Source: Candidatus Staskawiczbacteria bacterium (GTDB taxonomy: Bacteria; Patescibacteriota; Minisyncoccia; Minisyncoccales; Staskawiczbacteraceae). From it: DNA of 60,482 nt. Of this stretch, positions 27,354 to 35,608 are shown in pieces. The notes below the pieces were generated by a model, which was not told the DNA's origin, ran no database searches, and worked only from the letters and a program-made list of their open reading frames with translations. The position numbers were made by a program, and so were the translations under genes. Positions within the stretch are counted from its first letter, which is position 1; each line of letters begins with the position of its first letter. The stretch spans positions 1 to 60,482 of the forward strand of contig JAPLZF010000016.1 of NCBI GenBank assembly GCA_026395175.1. Direction: 5' to 3'.

Positions 27354-27685
27354 ACAAGTTTTATATGTATTTTTCTTAATTCCTTATTAATTTCAGCATA
27401 ATTTGGAATTGCTTTCGCTACCAGCGCCCAAAACTTTTTTGAATGGTTTAATTGCCCCAAATGGCACAGCTCGTGCACAATCAAATAATCTGCCAGATAT
27501 GGCTTTAAATAAATAATTTTATAGTTGAAATTTAAATTTTTCTTTGACGAACAGCTCCCCCACCTTGTACTGGTATTTTTTATTGCAACCCGATTTATCT
27601 CAAACTTATAAAATTTATTAAAATAACTTAGTCTGTTTTCAACGAAAATTCTCGCAGTTTCCCTATTTGTTTTGCTGAATCTCAT
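27350..27685 (-). CDS. DUF45/YgjP-like metal-dependent hydrolase (short form)
   Basis: WGSCSSKKNLNFNYK and HExxH-containing LIVHELCHL. Confidence 0.7.
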   Translation of the reverse strand: MRFSKTNRETARIFVENRLSYFNKFYKFEINRVAIKNTSTRWGSCSSKKNLNFNYKIIYLKPYLADYLIVHELCHLGQLNHSKKFWALVAKAIPNYAEINKELRKIHIKLV

Positions 27686-28076
27686 TTAATTTTTTCAATA
27701 TTTCGCTTAGTTGGTTGGTTTCAATGTGAGCAATGGCTTTTTGCAATTCTTCAATCTCCTCTTTTGCCTCAACGTTTGTCTTAAAATCTTCTGCTGCCTG
27801 AAACCGGTCCCTGTCGTTTTGCCTGTTTTGCGACATCATAATAATTGGAGCCGAATAAGCTGCCTGAGTAGAAAACAAAAGATTCAGCAAAATAAACGGA
27901 TATGGGTCCCAGCGGTAAACGTAAGCTATAATATTAAAAGCCACCCAAACAGCCACAATAATTGTCTGGACAATTATAAACGCCCAAGAACCCATTCCTT
28001 TTGCCAGCCCGTCGGCAACCTTCTGCCCCGCCGACAAATGCGACACGTGTTTTTCATGCCAAGTTTTATTTTCCAT
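27663..28076 (-). CDS. DUF1003 membrane protein
   Basis: WDPYPFILLNLLFSTQAAYSAPIIMMSQNRQ motif. Confidence 0.8.
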   Translation of the reverse strand: MENKTWHEKHVSHLSAGQKVADGLAKGMGSWAFIIVQTIIVAVWVAFNIIAYVYRWDPYPFILLNLLFSTQAAYSAPIIMMSQNRQNDRDRFQAAEDFKTNVEAKEEIEELQKAIAHIETNQLSEILKKLNEIQQNK

Positions 28077-28210
28077 AATTTTTTAATTAATTATATTATT
28101 TTATTTTACCACAAAAAACACAAAACAGCTTGAACTCTTGAAAGTTTCAAAAAGATTTAGTAACATTAAAAAACATTCCGATGTAGCTCAATGGTAGAGC
28201 AACTCCCTGT

Positions 28211-28722
28211 GAGAGTTCTTTAAAACGTCATATAATAAATATATGACAGAAAAAAGAAAGTATGCTGATCGACGAGAAGAATTAATTAAAGCCGTCGCGA
28301 AACGAAGGCGAAAAATTAAACTTCTCTCGATACAATATAAAGGAGGTAAATGCCAAATTTGCGGGTATAACAAATATCCCGGAGCGTTAGACCTTCATCA
28401 TATTGATGGCAAACAAAAATCTTTTGGCATTGGCGATAAAGGATACACAAGGTCTTGGGAAATAACCAGGAAAGAATTAGACAAGTGTATTCTTGTTTGC
28501 GCAAATTGCCATAGAGAAATTGAAGCCGGCATTACGCAGCTTCCAAAGGAAACTTTGGGATGAATAATCTCGGGATAACGGTGAAACCCTGAAATGGGCA
28601 ATACCGTGGGAACCTCGCTTTGCGAGGAGCGCCGTAGAGACTAGATACCGAGGTGCCTAAACTTTAAGATAAAAGCATGGCAATGATATAGTCCACCCCC
28701 AATGGTAACATAGGGATAAGTG
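28211..28722 (+). mobile_element. group I intron (IC3-like) carrying an HNH ORF
   Basis: The 5' exon ends in U and the intron ends in G. GTAGAGACTAGA (28634-28645) pairs via GACTA with TAGTC (28689-28693), like the J8/7-P7 of tRNA group I introns. Confidence 0.7.
28243..28563 (+). CDS. HNH homing endonuclease (intron-encoded)
   Basis: 106 aa. CQICG ... LDLHHIDG ... LVCANCHREIE. Confidence 0.85.
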   Translation: MTEKRKYADRREELIKAVAKRRRKIKLLSIQYKGGKCQICGYNKYPGALDLHHIDGKQKSFGIGDKGYTRSWEITRKELDKCILVCANCHREIEAGITQLPKETLG

Positions 28723-28765
28723 TAAGGAGTGGGTTCCAGGTTCGAGTCCTGGCATCGGAGCAAAT

Positions 28766-28791
28766 AAAAATCCCCTTCCGGGGATTTTTTT
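28766..28791. terminator. bidirectional terminator
   Basis: TCCCC-TTCC-GGGGA stem, flanked by an A-run and a T-run. Confidence 0.7.
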
Positions 28792-28820
28792 GTACAGTTT
28801 TATTAAGTTTAATTTTGATA

Positions 28821-29291
28821 TTATTCTTGAACCAAAATTGTTGCTACGTTTTGAGAACCATTACAATCGACTAAGAGTGTTTTTGATTTCAGGTAGACAT
28901 CGGGAAGAACAACAATTTTAAATCCCCAGGGTTTTATTGTAAAAGTTGTGCCAACTTTAACGGTACGAGTTTGTGGCGACCGGTTATCAATCATAATTCC
29001 GGTATTATCCTTATATGTTACAGTGTTCGGATGCGCTTGACATACTGTGTCAAGTTGAATTTTTCTGTCTGCATATTTTACTAAAGCATTGGCATAAGAA
29101 ATTGGCGCAGCTCCGGCGCCGACATCTTGCGCGCTAATGTCTTGGACTGATTCAGGTTGTGTTGTTGATGAATTATTTGTTGTTATTTGGTTTGCTGTTT
29201 GTTTATTTGAAAAAATAAAGAACAGAACGATTGCAATAATAACAATAGCAACTAATATCAAAACCCACATTTGAATTTTATTTTTTTCCAT
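28821..29291 (-). CDS. hypothetical signal-anchored protein
   Basis: 156 aa. N-terminal TM, Thr/Gln-rich linker, beta-rich C-terminal domain. Confidence 0.55.
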   Translation of the reverse strand: MEKNKIQMWVLILVAIVIIAIVLFFIFSNKQTANQITTNNSSTTQPESVQDISAQDVGAGAAPISYANALVKYADRKIQLDTVCQAHPNTVTYKDNTGIMIDNRSPQTRTVKVGTTFTIKPWGFKIVVLPDVYLKSKTLLVDCNGSQNVATILVQE

Positions 29292-29396
29292 AAGTTTATA
29301 TTTTTAATTATATAATTATCTATTTTAAAACTAATAAGTCCGACCTTTGTATCTTACTAACATTAATAAGTTAATTATACTCTTTTGCTGAAACAT

Positions 29397-29425
29397 TTGA
29401 CAAGCGCAAAATAAAATAGTATGCT
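29397..29425 (+). promoter_or_regulatory. promoter TTGACA-N17-TATGCT
   Basis: Followed by a 10-bp GC hairpin (29454-29478) in the leader. Confidence 0.6.
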
Positions 29426-29511
29426 ATTATTATAGCAGTTTGTCAAACACAGACTGGCGCGAGGTGGTCTCGCGCTGGCTGTTAAAAGTAAAATAGAAAG
29501 GGAACCAGAAG

Positions 29512-29922
29512 ATGGGAGAACGCTACGTTTCATTTAAGAAATGGCAAAAAGATATGATGGGACAACGTCGTGAACAAACGCTGACCGCGATCAAGTCTCT
29601 CGTGAGGGTAATATTCCTCGATGAGGACTTGACCGAACACCGCATCGGACAGCAGTTGGTCGAAATTGCCCGGGCAATCACGGAATTCGGCGTAACCGAC
29701 GAAATGATCGCCCAGGCAATCAGCGAAGCCAAGCAGGAAGTCGGATTTCAACCTGATGAAGACGGGGACGAAATTTCCGAGAGCTTCGGAAAAATCTTGC
29801 CTTTCATCACATCTTCGCGTCACAAGACCGACGGAGCGCCCGAGCTGAGAGCTTTGCGTTCCAAACACGCCTCCCACATTGCAGGAGGTCACGCGCTGGC
29901 GAGGAAAATCGCCGAACAATAA
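29512..29922 (+). CDS. orphan acidic protein (136 aa), GC-rich islet 3
   Basis: Long ORF in a GC-rich segment, with an AAGGGA RBS-like motif upstream. No family recognised. Confidence 0.55.
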   Translation: MGERYVSFKKWQKDMMGQRREQTLTAIKSLVRVIFLDEDLTEHRIGQQLVEIARAITEFGVTDEMIAQAISEAKQEVGFQPDEDGDEISESFGKILPFITSSRHKTDGAPELRALRSKHASHIAGGHALARKIAEQ

Positions 29923-29924
29923 GT

Positions 29925-30057
29925 TTTTCTTTCACAATGACATAACCTGCGGCCACCCCTCCGCAGTTATGTGACAGCCTCATGGCTGTCGGTTCCCACC
30001 ACATGGAGGGTCCTTTATTGGTAGTCCCCAAGCTACCTGGACCCTCCTCTTTTTTTT
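29925..30057 (+). terminator. about 130 nt of GC-rich multi-hairpin 3' region, ending in a strong terminator
   Basis: Hairpins ACATAACCTGCGG/CCGCAGTTATGT, GACAGCC-TCAT-GGCTGTC and GGAGGGTCC...GGACCCTCC, followed by a T-run. Confidence 0.6.
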
Positions 30058-30166
30058 ACATAAAATTTAATTTATTTATTTTTTTATTTGACAAAAAAAT
30101 AATTAAGAATAATATAAAATAAAGTAAAGCGAACATCTGTTCGTTCACAACATAAGGAGAAATGCC

Positions 30167-30346
30167 ATGGGGCATAACGGAAAAGGCAAGCCGAAAAAAC
30201 CTTTCAAGAAACGTCTTGACCATTCTCTTGAAAGGTTTGCCCGCTGGTGGTATTCCGGGAATCGTCCCGTAAATCCCAGGACTGGACTAAAACAAGTCTC
30301 AGCCATATACGACCCCAAAAAAAACAAACCAAACACCAAAATTTAA
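30167..30346 (+). CDS. orphan basic small protein (59 aa), GC-rich islet 4
   Basis: Hand-translated MGHNGKGKPKKPFKKRLDHSLERFARWWYSGNRPVNPRTGLKQVSAIYDPKKNKPNTKI. AAGGAG lies 7 nt upstream of the ATG. Confidence 0.5.
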   Translation: MGHNGKGKPKKPFKKRLDHSLERFARWWYSGNRPVNPRTGLKQVSAIYDPKKNKPNTKI

Positions 30347-30383
30347 GGCCAAGGGGAGCTGGCCAACGCTCCCCATCCAATTA

Positions 30384-30405
30384 CGAGCTAACGGCTCGAT
30401 TTTTT
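30384..30405 (+). terminator. rho-independent terminator
   Basis: CGAGC-TAACG-GCTCG stem plus T-run, preceded by a GGGGAGC/GCTCCCC hairpin. Confidence 0.6.
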
Positions 30406-30413
30406 GTTTTGGC

Positions 30414-30442
30414 TTGCATTCCTAAAAATATCATGCTACAAT
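30414..30442 (+). promoter_or_regulatory. promoter TTGCAT-N17-TACAAT
   Basis: Gives a leader of about 125 nt for the RRM gene. Confidence 0.55.
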
Positions 30443-30570
30443 AATATTGTAAGTTTCTATTGTATTTCTTTCTTAGGTTTTTACTTTTAGTAAGCTGTGA
30501 GAAGAAAAAGATAGCAGACTCTCTTATGAGTCGTAGGTCGGCTTACTTATTATTAACCAAGAAAAATATT

Positions 30571-30897
30571 ATGGCAAAAAAATTATACGTAGGTGGATTA
30601 AATTATTCCACAACCGATGCAACTTTAAAAGCAGCTTTCCAAGCAGCTGGAACAGTTGAATCAGCTACAATCATTATCGACAAAATGACAAACCGATCAA
30701 AAGGTTTTGGATTTGTTGAAATGTCTACTGATGAAGAAGCTCAAAAAGCTATTGAAATGTTTGATGGCAAAGAACTTGACGGAAGAACTGTCAAAGTAAA
30801 CGAAGCCAAACCAATGGAACCAAGAGCACCAAGAACCGGCGGATACAACCACGGTGGAAATGACAGAGGAGGATTTGGTGGAGGTAACAGATGGTAA
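30571..30897 (+). CDS. RRM-type RNA-binding protein with a Gly-rich tail
   Basis: RNP2 LYVGGL, RNP1 KGFGFVEM, C-terminal GGYNHGGNDRGGFGGGNRW. ATG at 30571. Confidence 0.9.
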   Translation: MAKKLYVGGLNYSTTDATLKAAFQAAGTVESATIIIDKMTNRSKGFGFVEMSTDEEAQKAIEMFDGKELDGRTVKVNEAKPMEPRAPRTGGYNHGGNDRGGFGGGNRW

Positions 30898-30996
30898 ACA
30901 AAACATAGTTTATTAAAAAATCCCCGTAACAGGGGGTTTTTTTTGTTTGACATAGGGGAAATTTTAGTGTATAATTAGTTTTTAATAGATAAAAAT

Positions 30997-32847
30997 ATGC
31001 AAAACATACGAAACATAGCTATTATTGCTCACGTTGACCATGGAAAAACCACCTTAGTGGATGCGCTTTTACGGCAGTCAAAAACAGAAATGAAAAAGGA
31101 AGTTGCCGCTCAAGATATGATTTTAGACAGCAATGAATTGGAAAGAGAAAGAGGAATTACAATTTTCTCAAAAAACGCGTCTGTTTTATACAACCCTTCG
31201 ACAGGCTCAGGGCCTGCGGTTAAAATAAATATTATAGACACTCCGGGCCACGCAGATTTTGGCGGTGAAGTTGAAAGAGTTTTAAATATGGCAGATGGTT
31301 GCTTGCTTTTAATCGACGCAAAAGAGGGGCCAATGCCCCAAACAAGATTTGTTTTGAAAAAAGCTTTAGAAATGGGCCACAAAATTATTGTGGTTGTAAA
31401 CAAAATTGATAAGTCTGGCGCCAGGCCCGAATTTGCCTTGGAAGCTACACTTGAATTATTTTTGGAATTGGGAGCCGGAGACCACAGTTTGGACTTTCCT
31501 GTAATTTACGCTTCTGGCCGAGATGGAAAAGCGGGGCTTGAAGCAGACTTGTCAAAAATGGAAAACATAATTCCGGTTTTTGACGCAATTATAAAACACA
31601 TTCCCTCTCCCATTGCCGACGCAACAAAACCTTTGCAAATGCTTGTAACTTCAATTGCTCCAGACGACTTTAAAGGAAGAATTGCAATTGGAAGAATTCA
31701 TAACGGAATTTTAAAGGCAAACCAAGAAATTGTTCACATAAACAGAGAAGGCATAAAAACAAAAGCAAAACTGACTTCTTTGATGACCTTTGACGGGTTG
31801 GGAAGAACCGAGGCTTTGGAAGTGAAAGCCGGAGACATTGTGGCAATTGCCGGAATTGAAGACGTAACAATTGGAGAAACAATTGCAGATGCAGAAAATC
31901 CTGAAGCCTTGCCTTTGATTAACATTGAAGAGCCAACAGTTAAAATGACTTTTTTGGTTAACGACTCGCCTTTTGGCGGAAAAGAAGGAGAATTTTCAAC
32001 AACAAGACAAATTAGGCAAAGATTATTTAAAGAACTGGAAACCGATGTTTCTTTGAAGGTTGAAGAAACAGATAAAAATACTTGGATTGTTTCCGGCAGA
32101 GGAGAATTGCACTTGGCAATTTTAATTGAAAGAATGAGGCGAGAGGGCTATGAATTCCAAGTTTCAAGACCGCAAGTAATTTTGCGCGAAATAAACGGAA
32201 AAACAATGACTCCATACGACAAAATATTTATTGAAGTTCCAGAACAATATCAGGGCGTTGTTATGCAAAAAATGGGAACAAGAAAAGGCGAACTAAAAGA
32301 AATGAGCAGCGTAAACGGAATTGCATTTTTAGAATTTATAATTCCAACAAGAGGATTGTTTGGATACAAAAATGAATTTTTGACAGACACAAAAGGCCTT
32401 GGAATAATCAATACAATTTTCTTTGAATATATGGAGGACCCCGGAAACTGGAAAGAAAGAGACAATGGCTCTTTGGTTGCCACAGAATCTGGCGAAACAA
32501 GGCTTTATGGTTTAAAAAATGTTCAAGACCGAGGCACATTATTTTTTGGGCCGGCAGAAACAGTTTATGAAGGGCAAGTTGTTGGACAAAACTCAAGACC
32601 AAATGATATAAGAGTAAATGTTTGCAAAGAAAAACAGCTTTCAAACATGAGGGCAAAAGGAGAAAAAAACAGAGAACACTTTAATGTTCCAAAAACAATG
32701 GGGCTGGAAGACGCTTTAGAATATATTGGCGACGACGAATATGTGGAAATTACTCCAAAAAATATCCGCATAAGAAAAATACATTTAAAAGAAGTTGACG
32801 CCAAAAGAGCCGACCGCGCCGCCGATGGCGTAAAATTCGACTATTAA
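30997..32847 (+). CDS. typA: translational GTPase TypA/BipA
   Basis: 616 aa. AHVDHGKTT, DTPGH, NKID. EF-G-like domains without domain IV. Confidence 0.95.
   Translation: MQNIRNIAIIAHVDHGKTTLVDALLRQSKTEMKKEVAAQDMILDSNELERERGITIFSKNASVLYNPSTGSGPAVKINIIDTPGHADFGGEVERVLNMADGCLLLIDAKEGPMPQTRFVLKKALEMGHKIIVVVNKIDKSGARPEFALEATLELFLELGAGDHSLDFPVIYASGRDGKAGLEADLSKMENIIPVFDAIIKHIPSPIADATKPLQMLVTSIAPDDFKGRIAIGRIHNGILKANQEIVHINREGIKTKAKLTSLMTFDGLGRTEALEVKAGDIVAIAGIEDVTIGETIADAENPEALPLINIEEPTVKMTFLVNDSPFGGKEGEFSTTRQIRQRLFKELETDVSLKVEETDKNTWIVSGRGELHLAILIERMRREGYEFQVSRPQVILREINGKTMTPYDKIFIEVPEQYQGVVMQKMGTRKGELKEMSSVNGIAFLEFIIPTRGLFGYKNEFLTDTKGLGIINTIFFEYMEDPGNWKERDNGSLVATESGETRLYGLKNVQDRGTLFFGPAETVYEGQVVGQNSRPNDIRVNVCKEKQLSNMRAKGEKNREHFNVPKTMGLEDALEYIGDDEYVEITPKNIRIRKIHLKEVDAKRADRAADGVKFDY
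31191..31219 (+). repeat. GC-rich element copy inside typA (encodes NPSTGSGPA)
   Basis: CAACCCTTCGACAGGCTCAGGGCCTGCGG. Adds about 7 residues just before the INIIDTPGH G3 region. Confidence 0.7.
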
Positions 32848-32888
32848 ATCTACCTTGCAATTTTGCTTGAATTGTGGTATCATAAATT

Positions 32889-33152
32889 ATGTTACTAATA
32901 AGCAAAGAAAAATTTTTAGAGGAACACAACAAATTGTCTCCCTCAAATTTACAGGCAACTTTGACTTTGCTGGACAGATTTCGAGAAGAAAAAAAACCGC
33001 TTATGAAAGACAGCGACTGGTGTTTAGACAAATATAGAATTCCATTCATTTCATGGCTAACCGCAATGCAAAAAGACCCAAATAAAAAAGAAAAATTATC
33101 CAAAAAAAAAGAAATATACAGAAACTACCCCGAAACCCACTACGAAGGTTAA
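32889..33152 (+). CDS. hypothetical protein
   Basis: 87-aa ORF with a hairpin terminator downstream. No family recognised. Confidence 0.4.
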   Translation: MLLISKEKFLEEHNKLSPSNLQATLTLLDRFREEKKPLMKDSDWCLDKYRIPFISWLTAMQKDPNKKEKLSKKKEIYRNYPETHYEG

Positions 33153-33225
33153 AAAGTGTTAAGTCTGACTTAGCACTTTTTTATTTTACATTAATTTTAT
33201 AAATGGTAGAATAAAATATTAGATT

Positions 33226-33528
33226 ATGATAATTCTGAATATAGTGAATTTTTTAATAGCAGGTTTTTTGGGTTATCTTGTCGGCAGGTTTTCAGACAAT
33301 TATGTTAATATTTGGATTGGCGACCCAAAATGGATTCCCCACCATTGGATAACCGGACTACTAATAGCAATAATTGGAATTTTCTTTTTTCAAAACAATC
33401 TGCAAATATGGATATTTTCTTTTGGAGCAGGAGTTTTTGTCAGCGACTTAAAAGATTTTCTAAATTTAAAATTTTTTGCGTCAGACGGAAAAACCAAAGA
33501 AAACAGAAAATTCTGGCACATTGATTGA
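33226..33528 (+). CDS. hypothetical membrane protein
   Basis: 100 aa, three hydrophobic segments. Confidence 0.5.
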   Translation: MIILNIVNFLIAGFLGYLVGRFSDNYVNIWIGDPKWIPHHWITGLLIAIIGIFFFQNNLQIWIFSFGAGVFVSDLKDFLNLKFFASDGKTKENRKFWHID

Positions 33529-33550
33529 ATAAAATTAAAACAAAAAAATA

Positions 33551-33877
33551 ATGAAAACTATTTTAAAAGACGAAGAATTCGAGAAAGAAATCAATTCCAC
33601 AGGCAAATTTGTTTTGGTTGATTTTTTTGCAACTTGGTGTGGACCGTGCCAGGTTTTGGGCCCAATTTTAGAAAAATTATCTGAAAGTTTTGAAGGAAAA
33701 ATTGTTTTTGCCAAAGCTGATGTTGATAACGTTCCTAAAACCGCGCAAAAATTTAGCGTTGAAAAAATCCCGACAGTTATTTTATTTAAAGAAGGAAAAG
33801 TAGTCAGCGGTTTTGTGGGATTAATGCCTGAAAATTCCATAAAAGAGTGGCTGGAAAATATATTAACTAAAAATTAA
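33551..33877 (+). CDS. trxA: thioredoxin
   Basis: WCGPC active site, 108 aa. Confidence 0.95.
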   Translation: MKTILKDEEFEKEINSTGKFVLVDFFATWCGPCQVLGPILEKLSESFEGKIVFAKADVDNVPKTAQKFSVEKIPTVILFKEGKVVSGFVGLMPENSIKEWLENILTKN

Positions 33878-33881
33878 AAAA

Positions 33882-34154
33882 ATGGAAAACCAAGAAATAA
33901 TTGAAAAATTAAAAAAAGAATTTTCAGAGTATGCAAAAAGCCAAGGGTTTCATTTGAATCCCGATGAAAAAGTTGTTGAAAGAATAATAAACGGGCTTTT
34001 AATGAACAAGGAAAAACATGGCCAAATTTATTGCCCGTGCAGAAGAATCACAGGCAACAAGGAAGAAGATTCGCAAAAAATCTGCCCTTGTTTTTGGCAC
34101 AAAGATGAAATTGCAAAAGACGGGCATTGCTCTTGCAACTTATACGTAAAATAA
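33882..34154 (+). CDS. ferredoxin-thioredoxin reductase catalytic-subunit-like protein
   Basis: CPC ... CPC ... HCSC cysteine pattern (YCPCRR, ICPCFWH, GHCSCNLY). Confidence 0.7.
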   Translation: MENQEIIEKLKKEFSEYAKSQGFHLNPDEKVVERIINGLLMNKEKHGQIYCPCRRITGNKEEDSQKICPCFWHKDEIAKDGHCSCNLYVK

Positions 34155-34158
34155 ATAA

Positions 34159-35130
34159 ATGATTGTAGATGATATAAAAATAAACGTTACAGCCGGACAT
34201 GGCGGAAAAGGCATGGTAACTTTCAGCAGAATAAAATTTGCCAAGGGTCCCACCGGCGGAAATGGCGGAAACGGAGGAAACGTTTTTTGCCAAGGAGTTG
34301 CAGATTTGGGAGCCTTATGAAAATTTCGCTTTAAAAAAGATTACCAAGCTCCAGACGGAGAAAATGGAAAATCCGGGCTTCATGACGGCAGACATGCGGA
34401 AGATTTTATATTGCATGTTCCGGTTGGGACAGTCTGCCATAATTTAACAACCGGAAAAGATGTTGAAATTACAAAAATGGGCCAGCGTGAATTAATTGCC
34501 AAAGGAGGAAAGGGCGGAAAGGGAAATTGGTATTTTAGGTCTGGAACAAACATTAGTCCAAGGCAAAGCCAGCCAGGCATGCCCGGAGAATACTTTGAAT
34601 TACAGCTTGAATTAAAAATGATTGCCGACGTAGGGTTTATCGGCCTGCCCAATGTTGGAAAATCCAGCTTACTCAACGAACTGACAAAAGCCAATGCAAA
34701 AGTTGCCAATTACCAATTTACAACTTTAGAGCCAAATTTGGGCGCATATTACGACTTAATTTTAGCCGACATTCCTGGACTAATAGAAGGAGCATCAACC
34801 GGCAAAGGACTTGGCGTTAAATTTTTACGCCACATAGAACGCACAAAGGTTTTGTTCCATTTTGTGACAGCCGACTCCCCCGACCCAGTTAAAGATTACA
34901 AAACCGTGAGAACAGAATTAGAATCCTATGGAGATTTAATTTTAAATAAACCAGAATATGTTTTTATAAGTAAAATAGACACTGTTGACGAAAAAACTAT
35001 TTCAAAAATTAAAAAGGACTTCAAAAAAATTAAAAAAGAAATTATACCAATTTCAATAATTAACCCAAAAAGCATAGACGAGGTCAAAAAAATACTCAAC
35101 AGCCTGATAAAACAAAAAAGTGTGATATAA
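34159..35130 (+). CDS. obg: GTPase Obg/CgtA, interrupted by an in-frame TGA at 34318..34320
   Basis: The N-terminal Gly-rich Obg fold (GGKGMVTFSRIKFAKGPTGGNGGNGGNV) is in the same frame as the G-domain ORF (GLPNVGKSS, DIPGLIEGA). There is a single TGA after GVADLGAL. Confidence 0.85.
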
Positions 35131-35137
35131 TAATAAT

Positions 35138-35449
35138 ATGGACTCAACATCGCTTATAGCAATAATTATTGCTATCATTGTTATCTATCTTTTTATAAAA
35201 TTTGTTGTAAGCCCTGTTCTTAGGATTATATTTGGTGTTATAATTTTTTTGATTCTGATTTATCTTTTGCAACGATTTTTTGGGCTTAATCTTGACGAAA
35301 TATTTGCCCATTTTGGAATATCTTTAAATTCAAGCAAATGGGGTCCAAGTCTTAATTGGCTTTTAAGTCCGGTAAATTATTGCACAGACCAAATAATATC
35401 ATTTTTTAATTTTATCTGGAAAAATGTTCCTAAATCTTCAAAATTTTAA
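35138..35449 (+). CDS. hypothetical membrane protein
   Basis: 103 aa, two N-terminal TM helices. Confidence 0.45.
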   Translation: MDSTSLIAIIIAIIVIYLFIKFVVSPVLRIIFGVIIFLILIYLLQRFFGLNLDEIFAHFGISLNSSKWGPSLNWLLSPVNYCTDQIISFFNFIWKNVPKSSKF

Positions 35450-35608
35450 TAGCTTAAAAATTAAACAACTATGACAGGAAATATATTTTTATCAGTAATT
35501 AATTTTATAGAATACCCAACTTGGCACTTGGTTGTGCTTTATGTGATTTTGCTTTTGCTTATTGCTTACTCAATGATAAAATCATGGGGGTTTTAAAAAA
35601 TATAACTG

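Larger units (their letters stand above)
28177..28760 (+). tRNA. tRNA-Asn (anticodon GTT) interrupted by a 512-nt intron in the anticodon loop
   Basis: Exons 28177-28210 and 28723-28760 join to TCCGATGTAGCTCAATGGTAGAGCAACTCCCTGT|TAAGGAGTGGGTTCCAGGTTCGAGTCCTGGCATCGGAG. U1-A72, G73 and loop CUGUUAA as in bacterial tRNA-Asn. Confidence 0.8.

Noticed and set aside
28177-28760. Assigning the intron-containing tRNA as tRNA-His(GTG), because the 5' exon reads CTGTGA
   Set aside because: A His junction would leave a non-G at the intron 3' end and a non-U at the 5' splice site. The tRNA also has G73 with no G-1/C73 feature. The Asn junction CUGU|UAA satisfies both splice rules and matches bacterial tRNA-Asn overall.
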